A stretch of 59,162 nucleotides of DNA, filler included, from Basidiobolus ranarum (lineage: Eukaryota): assembly GCA_040143965.1 (NCBI GenBank). It is 8 parts of 8 records of this genome, joined end to end, with 100 filler letters (N's around TTAATTAATTAA, not from the genome) between each part and the next. Parts side by side here need not be neighbours in the genome. Positions count along the whole stretch, not along the records: positions 37,072 to 44,371 come from JASJQH010008020.1; positions 44,472 to 51,770 come from JASJQH010008021.1; 6 more parts are not named here. The stretch is one strand, 5' to 3'. The translations under genes and the position numbers were made by a program. Positions 40,638 through 50,505 of this stretch are shown piece after piece (positions within the stretch are counted from its first letter, which is position 1; each line of letters opens with the position of its first letter). Below the pieces are notes generated by a model. It made no database searches and was not told where the DNA came from. It saw nothing but the letters and a program-made list of their open reading frames with translations.

Positions 40638-43600
40638 TTAGACCTCACCACCATACATATCTTCAAGATCAAGCTTAGGGTCACCAATTAGTTTTAGTCC
40701 AAACTTATCAGAAAGAATCTTAACCGCACTAGGTCTCAAGAAAGCCGGCAATTGTGGACCAACTCGAATATTTTGCATTCCAAGGGACAATAAAGAAAGC
40801 AAAACCACCACCGCCTTTTGCTCAAACCAAGAGAGAACGATAGACAATGGAAGATCATGAATGGTACAATTCAAAGAATCTGCCAAAGCGGATGCGATTT
40901 GAATGGCAGAATAAGCGTCATTACATTGACCCATGTCAAGTAATCTAGGTATACCTGAATCACCAATCGTTTTCCATTCTAATGAATTAATTCGGAATTT
41001 ACCACAACCAGAAGTAAGAACCACCGCTGTTTCTGGTAACATACGAGCTAGATCTGTGTAGTAACTACGTTCTCCTTCATAACCGTCACATCCACCAATC
41101 ACAAATATTCTACTGATATCTCCCGTTTCAATTGCCTTCAAAATGGCGGGTGCCACATTTAAGATCGCTTCGGAACTAAAACCAACTTGGTAGCTATCTG
41201 TAAGTGGAGTAAAGCTGCTGGGTGGGTATTTGAATTCGGGAGTATTGTCATCAAAGCCTGGAGATTCTAAAGCCACCTTGATAACGGCACTGAAGTCAAG
41301 ATTATCACCAACATGTGGGATGTTTGGCCAGCCCACAACACCCACCGTAAAGAGTCGACCTTCATAGTCATCCTTAGGAGCTGTCAGACAGTTGGTGGTC
41401 ATGACGATAGCACCTGGGAAGTGAGGGAATTCAATGGATTGTCTTTGCCAAGCCACACCGTAATGGCCTGCTAAATGTTTATGTTGACGAAGCTTAGGAT
41501 AACCATGGGCGGGCAACATTTCACCGTGAGTGTAAATATTGATACCTAAGCCCTCGGTCTGCTGGAGCAAAGAGTTCAAGAACATGAAATCGTGACCAGA
41601 TACCAATATACATTTGCCGGGACGTGGTTTAAGGGATACGTTATGGGGGGATTGGGCTCCAAAGGTTGCGTTTGCATTATGCAATACATCCATGCATATT
41701 AAATTGATTTGTCCCAGCTCCATTAAGCAAGCCAAGGTTTTGTCCATATCTTTCGATTCTTTGGTGGTCAAAAAGTAGAATGCGCGATGTACGAACTCAT
41801 AAATACGACGATCTTCATGAGCTAGAACTAGTGCATGATCCGCATAAGCACATAGACCCTTCAAACCATAAACGATCATCTCTTGTAAGCCTACCAAAGC
41901 ATCATTCTTGGTGGCTCTCATGCGACTGAGAATACCCACTTCCTTGCCCTTAGAGACCAGCATGTCCTCAATATCTCCAACTGAGCCTGGAGTGCTATCG
42001 AGGATATCAGAAATACTCTCTGGAACAGGGCATTTCTTGGTACGTAAATTCAATCTCTTGCAAATGGCTTGATATTGAACACTCAAACGTTTGGTATATT
42101 CCCGGCAATCATGATGAAATTGAAGGAATCTACCACTGTCAAAATTGACGTTGGTCAAAGTGGAAAAGGTAGCCTTTAAAGAGTAATGATTTACTTCTGG
42201 GTACTCCACCTCAGATTCTTGCACTTGTTCGGGATGTTCATATTGTAATTGACGTAGATTGTACGCGAACCAGGAGAGGCGTTTAAGGCACGTAATTAAG
42301 AGATCTTGAAGTGCAGCTACTTCTGGAGTTTTACCGCATACACCAATGGTAGTGCATCCACGACCTTGATACGTTTGTTCGCATTGATAGCAGAACATCT
42401 TCGCGTCTTCATATAGATTTGCAGTGGGTACGTCTTCACCTTGAGATTGTCCACCTCTCTTGAGAATGATACTCTTGAGGGCATTCTCCTCATCAACACT
42501 CTTAGCATAGGCCTCTACCTCCCAGCGGTTTTGCTTTCTGAGATTAGCAATGATCTCCAATGACTCCTCATAGGAGACTTGTTTATTGGCTTGTAAGCAC
42601 TCCCCGATGGTGATCTCCATAGCACCTGGAATTAATCCACCAAGTCCACAATATAAGTACATACCATTGTTCTCTAAGTAGTCTGTCACCTTCTCGGGGA
42701 AGTCAAGCATTCTAACCGCGCAGTTCTTTTTGTGATCACGTGAGGCGGCATCAATTACCTCCACGAGACCTTTACGTGTGAAGTTATCCAATTCATCCTT
42801 GAATAGATATTCATGCTCGTAATATCTCATACCATAATAGAGACGAATTCGAGTCATATCATGTCCTTGGTCCAGCAATACTTCACGATGTTGAAGAATT
42901 GAACGGAATACACCGATACCACTACCCAAGGCTACACCTAGAATTGGAGTATCAAGGCGCTCAGGTAGATGAACCAAACCAGCATGAATCTTTAAGAATA
43001 CATTGGGGTTGGCCGAATCGGGGAATTTCTTGGATAAATAGGTCGAAGTTAAACCTTGGAATTTACCACCATTTTCGGTCATCCATTCTTCAACGAAGAA
43101 TACAATATCAATCTTATCCTTGGAGACAAGTGGGGATGATGCAATGGAGTAGTATCTGCTGGAAATCTTAGGAACGTTGCTGATGAATTGCTCCAAAGAA
43201 ATCTTGATCGATGGATAACGTTCGAGAATATCCACAATACTGAACACAGTGGATGTTGACAATTTCATGTACATATTACCAGCCAACATATCGGAGGCTA
43301 AACTCTCAAGAGCCTCTTGCTCGGTCACATTGGAAGCGAGGCAACTGAATCCTTCGATAAGAGCACGACTAGGAATTGAGTTGATATCCAGGTAATTCTT
43401 CAACAATTGACGAATAGTAGCTACAGTGGGCAAAGAGATTGAATCATCAGTGGGTTGAATTTCCACCACTGTATCCAAGTCTACATTCAAAATTTTAGCA
43501 GCTCGGATCACCAAATCATCCGGATTTTCGGGAACAACTTGAATATGACCAGCGACTTCGTACTCTTGATCTATACCACTAATGTCGAATGTAACCATAA

Positions 43601-44216
43601 CACCGGTTCTTTCGTAATCGGGAGAGGTAAGAAGTTTGTTACACACGACGGGTATTTTGGCGTATCCTTCATGTGTAACCTCGGGTACGGGTCTATCAGT
43701 TTGACGAATTTCAACAGAAACTGGTAAGGACATCTTAACATCTGAGCCAGTTAACTTGGTCCAAAATGCCTTTAACCAAGGACGAAATGCGGTTTCGTGA
43801 CCATTAGCATCGTATTCATCACCTAATCCAACTGGCATGATATTAAATCCACCAAGCTCACTCATACGTTGATCTAAAGATTTGGCGGCTTTGTTAAAGT
43901 TATCTTGTAGTGTTCTATTACCGAACCCGAATACAGCGTATCTACTATTACGGAACAGGTTGGAAGAATGATCTTGACGTTTAAGGAAACTCCAGAGAGG
44001 AGCAGCAGAGTCAGGGAATTCGCCGTTGTAGAAAGTACACGTCAAGAATACGATGAGAGGTTCATTTGGTAGACTCTCAAGTTCTACTTCATCCATTCGA
44101 GCCAATTTGACATCAAAACTACGAATTTTGGCGAAAGTTTGAACAATTTTGGCGTAACCCTCGGTAGTACCGGTTTGAGTACCATAAAGGATAAGCATTC
44201 TTGGTTTTTCAGACAT
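40638..44216 (-). CDS. hcp: Diflavin reductase (flavodoxin + FAD/NAD(P)H) fused to hybrid cluster protein (prismane), 1192 aa, intronless
   Basis: First true ATG is 44216. Residues 1-606: YGTQTGTTEGYA, CTFYNGEFPDSA, FGFGN, RYYSIASS, GLTSTYL, GSGIGVFR, YYGMR, YCG. From 42398: MFCYQCEQTYQGRGCTTIGVCGK, TLTNVNFD, SGHD, THGEMLPAHGYP, TTNC, GGCDG, GCGK, GQCNDAYS, SWFEQKA. Confidence 0.96.
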   Translation of the reverse strand: MSEKPRMLILYGTQTGTTEGYAKIVQTFAKIRSFDVKLARMDEVELESLPNEPLIVFLTCTFYNGEFPDSAAPLWSFLKRQDHSSNLFRNSRYAVFGFGNRTLQDNFNKAAKSLDQRMSELGGFNIMPVGLGDEYDANGHETAFRPWLKAFWTKLTGSDVKMSLPVSVEIRQTDRPVPEVTHEGYAKIPVVCNKLLTSPDYERTGVMVTFDISGIDQEYEVAGHIQVVPENPDDLVIRAAKILNVDLDTVVEIQPTDDSISLPTVATIRQLLKNYLDINSIPSRALIEGFSCLASNVTEQEALESLASDMLAGNMYMKLSTSTVFSIVDILERYPSIKISLEQFISNVPKISSRYYSIASSPLVSKDKIDIVFFVEEWMTENGGKFQGLTSTYLSKKFPDSANPNVFLKIHAGLVHLPERLDTPILGVALGSGIGVFRSILQHREVLLDQGHDMTRIRLYYGMRYYEHEYLFKDELDNFTRKGLVEVIDAASRDHKKNCAVRMLDFPEKVTDYLENNGMYLYCGLGGLIPGAMEITIGECLQANKQVSYEESLEIIANLRKQNRWEVEAYAKSVDEENALKSIILKRGGQSQGEDVPTANLYEDAKMFCYQCEQTYQGRGCTTIGVCGKTPEVAALQDLLITCLKRLSWFAYNLRQLQYEHPEQVQESEVEYPEVNHYSLKATFSTLTNVNFDSGRFLQFHHDCREYTKRLSVQYQAICKRLNLRTKKCPVPESISDILDSTPGSVGDIEDMLVSKGKEVGILSRMRATKNDALVGLQEMIVYGLKGLCAYADHALVLAHEDRRIYEFVHRAFYFLTTKESKDMDKTLACLMELGQINLICMDVLHNANATFGAQSPHNVSLKPRPGKCILVSGHDFMFLNSLLQQTEGLGINIYTHGEMLPAHGYPKLRQHKHLAGHYGVAWQRQSIEFPHFPGAIVMTTNCLTAPKDDYEGRLFTVGVVGWPNIPHVGDNLDFSAVIKVALESPGFDDNTPEFKYPPSSFTPLTDSYQVGFSSEAILNVAPAILKAIETGDISRIFVIGGCDGYEGERSYYTDLARMLPETAVVLTSGCGKFRINSLEWKTIGDSGIPRLLDMGQCNDAYSAIQIASALADSLNCTIHDLPLSIVLSWFEQKAVVVLLSLLSLGMQNIRVGPQLPAFLRPSAVKILSDKFGLKLIGDPKLDLEDMYGGEV

Positions 44217-44371
44217 GGTTGTTCCTAAGGCGAAGAGATGAGTAGTTGCGTATTCCAGAGTGGAGCTTCCCCAGGTATTTATTAATAAATAGGCTATTTG
44301 TCTAGACAATGCATACGCTTTCCTAGAAATATCGACTGCACATAAAATCACCAACAGTTTGTAATCTGAAC

Positions 44372-44471
44372 NNNNNNNNNNNNNNNNNNNNNNNNNNNNN
44401 NNNNNNNNNNNNNNNTTAATTAATTAANNNNNNNNNNNNNNNNNNNNNNNNNNNNNNNNNNNNNNNNNNNN
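44372..44471. other. Artificial contig-joining spacer
   Basis: 44N-TTAATTAATTAA-44N. Confidence 0.99.
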
Positions 44472-44507
44472 CCAACTCATCTTTTCTCAGCTTCTTACTG
44501 TCAAACA

Positions 44508-44678
44508 ATGAAATTCTCAGTTGCCGCTCTGCTCCTAACCGCCTTTGCAATGCTTTCCCTAACTGTTGAGGCTAACCCAATTACCAATGATAAGCGCACC
44601 ATGGAACCACGTGTGTGTTGCGTTGAAGATGGTTGTGGTCCAGATGCAAATAAATGTTGCCGTTGGGAATATTGTTAA
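44508..44678 (+). CDS. Small secreted Cys-rich peptide precursor 1 (56 aa; below the ORF-track cutoff)
   Basis: MKFSVAALLLTAFAMLSLTVEANPITNDKRTMEPRVCCVEDGCGPDANKCCRWEYC*; signal peptide, KR site, six Cys; paralogue at 46382. Confidence 0.85.
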   Translation: MKFSVAALLLTAFAMLSLTVEANPITNDKRTMEPRVCCVEDGCGPDANKCCRWEYC

Positions 44679-44920
44679 TTAATAGCCAACCCTTCACCTG
44701 GATCGAATGCTAAGAATTTGATTTACCAAATAAAATGACAAACCTTATTTTTGTTTGCTACAGTTTTATTGGGCGACGATCACTATCAATGATCGATCAA
44801 TTATTAAGGTGTGGGAGGTTGCTACGAAAGAAATGACGACTCTAGATCTTTATATATCAGAAGTATCCACTTGACTATCACTTATTCCCACAGCTATCAA
44901 TAACAACCACCGATGCATGA

Positions 44921-45196
44921 TATATCCGAGTGCTTCAGTCTAATTATATTTAACTTAGGTTTACGCCAAAATAAAATACAAAATCAATATTTTCCCTTGT
45001 TATATCCAAGCAACTAGTAAGTAAGGTAGAATTTACATTGAATTGGTATTCATGCACGTTATATCCGAGTGCTTCAGTCTAATTACGTTTAACTTAGGTT
45101 TACGCCAAAATATAGTACAAAGTCAATATTTTCTCTTGTTGTTATGTCCAAGCAACTAAAGTAGAATTTACATTAAATTGGTATTCATGCACGTTA
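44921..45196. repeat. About 139-bp tandem duplication, two diverged copies
   Basis: TATATCCGAGTGCTTCAGTCTAATT...GGTATTCATGCACGT starting at 44921 and at 45060. Confidence 0.9.
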
Positions 45197-45864
45197 TAAG
45201 AAATCTATTGCCCTCGTAGTGAGTACCATTACGACTTCTCCAAGGCAATTTACAGAAGTGAAATCAATTCACTGTTTGCCAAGAAAACTAATATTATGGA
45301 GATTGATGGCCAGGCTTTTGAATGACCTTCAATTTATAGATGATAAAAAGAAGGCGATATAAGCAGTGATCCTCAGAGAATACTTCTCTTGCCAGGTTTA
45401 TTATGAGATTCAAATAAGCATCCAACGAAACAAGAAATATCAAGTAGAGATTATTGTTGCTTGCTTTGCTTGTATAATACGTAACCAAATCACTCCAATT
45501 GGCTTAAAGCGTAACTTTCTTTTAGTACATCCTTTAACAATAATGCTAATATTTTTACATGTACCGAATCTACTTGTACCCAGTACATGTGCACATGTAA
45601 CCCATGCATACTAAGATATAATGTAGGATTAGTTACGTCTTGAGTTGTCTTGACTTCTCTGGTTACAGTGGGAAAAAAGCAATGCGAGTTACTGGGTACT
45701 TCCATTATCAAATCCAGGCAGTAAGCTTTTGAATACCCTAAAGCGGCATCTTCATAGATTCTTCTCATGGTAATAAACTCAAGCAATACCGGTAGCACAG
45801 TATCCACCACCTGATGTGCTTTAAATACAGCATCAATATCTATTTTATATTAGCATCTTGAATG

Positions 45865-45971
45865 ATGAAATTCTCCGTCGCTGCTCTCCTTCTAACCACT
45901 GAATATGATACTCTTGAGCTGTCAGTAGTTCAGATGGGTGTAAATACTGCATGTAGAGTGCTTGTAACTAA
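45865..45971 (+). pseudogene. Decayed third copy of the Cys-rich peptide family
   Basis: ATG AAA TTC TCC GTC GCT GCT CTC CTT CTA ACC (MKFSVAALLLT), then a deletion/frameshift, then SDGCKYCM*SACN*, compared with SDSWRCCQWSACMP in copy 2. Confidence 0.75.
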
Positions 45972-46381
45972 CGGATTGAACTATTCAAAATACGTTTTCT
46001 CTACTTGTATCAAATAAACTCCTATTTGTGTGCCATTACTTATTGGTCATTGTAGGCTTGGTATATTGTTTCACTACTTGGTTCTACTCACGGCATAAGA
46101 GACCTGTTTGATATGAAAATATAGTTTTACACAGTGAGAAGGAAGTTGACTGCACACCAGTCAGCACACCAGTTGATGAGCTTTCAAATTCCCTGAATTG
46201 TTGGAGCACCAGCTGATGAGCTTTTAAGTGTTCAAGCGAGATGCCACCAAGCCTAAAGCTAATTGGTGGTCCTGACATGGTGGCATTGCAACGTTTACAG
46301 GTGGTGTGAGTATAAAAGATTGACATCCAGCAGCTCAAAAGGCATCAATTTTGTATCTTCTCTCTGTCTGCATTCCAAAAG

Positions 46382-46570
46382 ATGAAACTATCCGTCGCTA
46401 CTCTTCTCGTAACTGCCTTTGCTCTGGTCACCTTGACCACCGAGGCTAATCCGGTTCCAGCTGAGGAAGTAAGTCCTAGCAGTAGTGATACTGTTAAGCC
46501 TCTTGCATGCTGCATTGAGTATTGCTCTGATTCGTGGAGATGTTGTCAGTGGAGTGCTTGTATGCCATGA
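46382..46570 (+). CDS. Small secreted Cys-rich peptide precursor 2 (62 aa)
   Basis: MKLSVATLLVTAFALVTLTTEANPVPAEEVSPSSSDTVKPLACCIEYCSDSWRCCQWSACMP*; TATAAAA at 46311-46317. Confidence 0.88.
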   Translation: MKLSVATLLVTAFALVTLTTEANPVPAEEVSPSSSDTVKPLACCIEYCSDSWRCCQWSACMP

Positions 46571-47160
46571 ATCAAGTTTTTTATGCTGTAGCAAACAAAT
46601 ACAATTCTTTTGTTGAAGCTCCAAGTAGCAAACGAATAAATGTATTTAAGTGCTAGTGACATACTTTTAACTCCTATTAGTGATATAATTGAATGTACGG
46701 TGACAGCCAACTTTTACTACTCAATAGTTTGTCAATCACCGAAAGTTTTGATATATATAATATATATGCTTGTCCGGCAGCTGTATCATAGTTCCAATGA
46801 ACTCTGGAGAACATACAACTAATATCTAACATGCTAACAATAATTACGCATTATGGGTATTCCGCTGTTCTGCACTAATGGGGCACTTTATTGAAAATAT
46901 AGCAAAATTTGGATAATTAATAACTGAGTACAGGCAATAATACAAATAAAATGGGATGAGCATTCCCAAAGTTATTCGTAAAGAACTTCCCTTCTACACT
47001 GTTGAAAACATAGGAGAGATGAAAAACATCAGTATTACGCTCCTTTAGTAAATAATATCTATTTAGACAAGTCAAATGGGCTCACATCCCAAGTGGTTGC
47101 TTTAGAAACTCTTACCAACCTCATCTATAAGTACAGTGGAAGAGACTCTCAGTATTGAGT

Positions 47161-47419
47161 GATGAAAAGCACCCAGTGGTACAAACTCTATTTTGTTGGA
47201 CCACTAACCTAAACATGGTCTCACGCATAGGTAATAATTTCCTAACAAAATTTGATAGAAAATGATCATACCTACTCTTAATATATTTAGCAAAAATCGG
47301 AAGCTGTAACAAGTGTGTTAATTGTGAAAAACACTAAGCATTGTGGGAGAAAAGTAAGACTTATCATAAGAAGAGTGGGACAAAAACCTAGATTAACAGA
47401 ATGAAGAAAAGGTGTCTTT
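47161..47419. repeat. Dispersed repeat, diverged inverted copy
   Basis: GATGAAAAGCACC..TGGT..AACT.TATTTT and GGACAAAAACCT..AAAGGTGTCTT match the reverse complement of 29695-29958. Confidence 0.7.
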
Positions 47420-47654
47420 ATACTCCCCATTAAAGGTTAGGGCTGGGAATCACCTGAGGACTTAATAATCTTTTTCCATGAAAATAATCTATGAGGAACT
47501 TTAAAATTATGAAAATCACAAATACAAAGTATTGTTATTATGCTATTTGATTTTAATTATGCAGCTTAAAAGATATATTAACCTATTTGTGATTAATACT
47601 TGGGTTTGTTTTAGTTTTTGGTTAATTTTGAAATATCTATAATATGAATAAAAT

Positions 47655-47927
47655 ATGCAATTGTCCTGTAACTTAATAGTTTAAATATGGTATTGTTCTG
47701 TAACGCAGCTTAAACTCATGGTAGTGTCCAGCAACGCAGCCTGTAAAAGTGGTATTATCCTATAACACAGTTTGTAAAGAGTGTATTGTCCTGTAACGCA
47801 GCTTGAAATCATGGTATTGTCCCATAACAATACTTGTAAACATGGTATTGCCCTATAACGCAGCTTTTAAATATGTACTATCCTGTAGCACATGCCCAAA
47901 AACATGGAATTGTCTTGTAACGCAGCT
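47655..47927. repeat. Degenerate minisatellite, unit about 31 bp, about 9 copies
   Basis: Consensus approximately ATGGTATTGTCCTGTAACGCAGCTT(G/T)TAAA(C/T). Confidence 0.85.
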
Positions 47928-48103
47928 CACGATGCTCATAAGTCTGCTGAGACTAAGGATACTTGCAAGTCTAACGAGACTAACCCAGGTCTACCGAGAC
48001 TCACAAATCTCATAAGCCTACCAAGATCTCTAACTTGAATAAATTGATGAAGACCCAAGAGACTGAGGCCAAAGATAATTACAAGTCAATACAGACTTAC
48101 AAA

Positions 48104-48490
48104 CAGCAGGACCTAGCTTTGAAATGGAGGGTAGCGGCGTAAAATCTGACCAAAGAGAAGTTAAAGATTTGGGGTCAACTGGAAGTAGTAATATTTCACC
48201 CGGAATGTTTGATGTACCGCAGGACCCTGAGAACGAGATGGGAATTAATCCAATATCACCAACAGAAGATTCTCGAGACTATGCCACCTCAAGCAATAGA
48301 TTCAGGGTTCAATAATGAGAGTAACGATCCACAGGAAATATATGACACAGGTGCATTAGACGCTATACTCTTCGATCTCCCCTCACAGTTAGCAAATACT
48401 CTTGGCTAGTCTTTACCTCAATAAGTGTTACCTGATTAGGTCCAAGGGAATTCAGCACAAGCAGGCCATACTCTGTCAGATTCGAATCAG
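48104..48490 (+). pseudogene. Fragment of the Ser/Gln/Asp-rich secreted family, copy 2
   Basis: GPSFEMEGSGVKSDQREV..LPSQLANTLG*..SDSNQ collinear with 12630-13020 (minus); stops and a frameshift. Confidence 0.8.
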
Positions 48491-48840
48491 TTAGGCATAA
48501 GCTTAACTGTAAGTTACATTGATATGATCTCATAATTTAAACCATCCAACAAATCCACCATCAATATTTTTCCAGAGACACATCTTGCATTGACAATGAA
48601 GATAGTCTCTACGTGAGTTCGTGGCATTCCTGTGAGCACCTTTCGAGTAATATACTTGATTATCAACACTACTATCAGTAGTAGCAATTTTACAATTAGT
48701 ATTGGATCAATCTATACGCTAATAAATTGGTAGATGTTGTTTAATCACCAAGTCAGTGCTATAAGCTTGATATACCGCCTATCTCAATATAAATACCAAT
48801 GAATATACATACAGAAGGATATTAATGAATAAATACAAAT

Positions 48841-49195
48841 ATGCACATCATATTATCATCTCAGCATTACTTGCTAAAGTTTCCGTAGCAGTTCCCTCTG
48901 GCAGATACTCTAATCAATGTTATTTGAACAATGAGCAGCTGAAAGTCAGCCAGGGCCTGCTCCGTTACTCAAGCAAGTATTCACTACTATAACCAGAAAC
49001 CATGATGACTTAGTGATGCGAGTATCAATAATCAAGGAAATTCTGGCCTAAAGTATCAATCCGGACCTAGCTTTGAAGTTGACCGTAGAGGTATAAAATC
49101 TGACCAGGGTGAAATTGTAGATTCTGGGTTGAATGATGATAATAATATTACACCAAGGGTGTATGAAATGCCACAAGATACTGAGGATGGGATGT
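48841..49195 (+). pseudogene. Fragment of the Ser/Gln/Asp-rich secreted family, copy 3, with conserved upstream region
   Basis: Upstream TCAGTGCT.TAAGCTTGATATA matches 13325-13347 (minus); coding YQSGPSFEVDRRGIKSDQGEIVD; truncated. Confidence 0.75.
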
Positions 49196-49681
49196 GCAAT
49201 CTCAGTTTAAAATGCAATTCTAGCATGATTGTCGGCAGAAATTGAATGTAAAATCAATTTAGAAACTCTATGGCACTTGTTATAAAAACTAAGAAATGCA
49301 TTGTTGATATATTTGAGAACACTGAGGCATATATTATATATATGATATAATGTGAGCATTGATGTATCCGAAATATTGGTGTGTTTATTTACATAACGTA
49401 AATCATGATGATGATATCGAGGGATATTTATACATATATGGTCACATTTATTCTAAGATAGATTCGTTATTGGTGTAGCAAACCTTAGATAATCCTTTGT
49501 CTGGATGGTATAGTAACAAAATTAATACTCAGAATACAGAGGAATTGCAGACCTTTAGCATATTACCTGCATGGATTATTGACGTAGAGATAGTGATACA
49601 ACGTAATATCTCAACCAAGGATGAAGATTGTGACAGCTCATCTTGATCGTCTTATCTAGAAAACAGTCAGGAAATCTCAAT

Positions 49682-49726
49682 AGCATACAATGGTTCATGA
49701 TGCAAGGTTCGATTCCTTGTTATGCT
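49682..49726 (+). pseudogene. Internally deleted tRNA-like remnant
   Basis: AGCATA/TATGCT acceptor-like stem, GCAAG-GTTCGATTC-CTTGT T arm (B box), oligo-T terminator straight after; only 45 nt, no anticodon arm. Confidence 0.45.
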
Positions 49727-50505
49727 TTTTTTTATGATCTATGATGTAAATACACTAGAGTCACAACCATTGTCTTGACCTAATCTACTTACTATTCTTC
49801 ACTTTGTTTCCAGAATACATTACTGCTAACAAATGATACGCAGGACTTGCCTTTGTAGACATTGGCTCTGAGCTTACAATTCTATGACAATCTCATATGC
49901 TACCATCACACCGTACGAATATCCAGCTATGCCCAAAGGGACTTTCAGCTACTTCTTCCATTGACTCAAAGTAGCTGTCTGATGTTTTATTCTCAAGTCT
50001 TTCTCACTGTTTGCTAGTAAAAAGTTGGAAGTAAAAGTATAGCCTACTTCGAATATTTCAGCAATGTCTAAAAATGTCAAAGGCTCCAGGGTGATCACTG
50101 ACAATATCTATGCAATTTATATATATATATGCTCATTCAGAGGTGTAAAGTACCAATAGAGCTACTAATAGGGTTAGTCTTAGGTCAAATCTTATCTTAG
50201 GTTTGCTACAGTTTTATTGGGTGACAATTATTACCTCAATCAATGATCAATCAGTTCCTTTGAACACAGGTATAAATTTTGACTAGTTAGATTATTCTAG
50301 AAACACCAATTCTAGAACATTAACTGTATATCCAGATTTGAACACAATAGGCGGTTATTTGTAAATCCATATAATGACGGTAGCACAGTATAAGGCTGAA
50401 TATCAGTGATGGATACAGGTGTAGTTGTATTATATTACTATGAGGAAGATTGATATTATCGCATTAATAGGTTGGCTTTTCTTTTCCAAGTCTAGCTTTG
50501 CGCAA

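Noticed and set aside
44217-44354. 46-aa N-terminal extension given by the ORF track for the HCP fusion
   Set aside because: Starts at a non-ATG codon and spans an AT-rich TATA-like palindrome (44276-44291); the flavodoxin domain starts right after ATG 44216.
45294-45810. Minus-strand ORFs between the peptide genes
   Set aside because: Non-ATG starts and no recognisable motifs.
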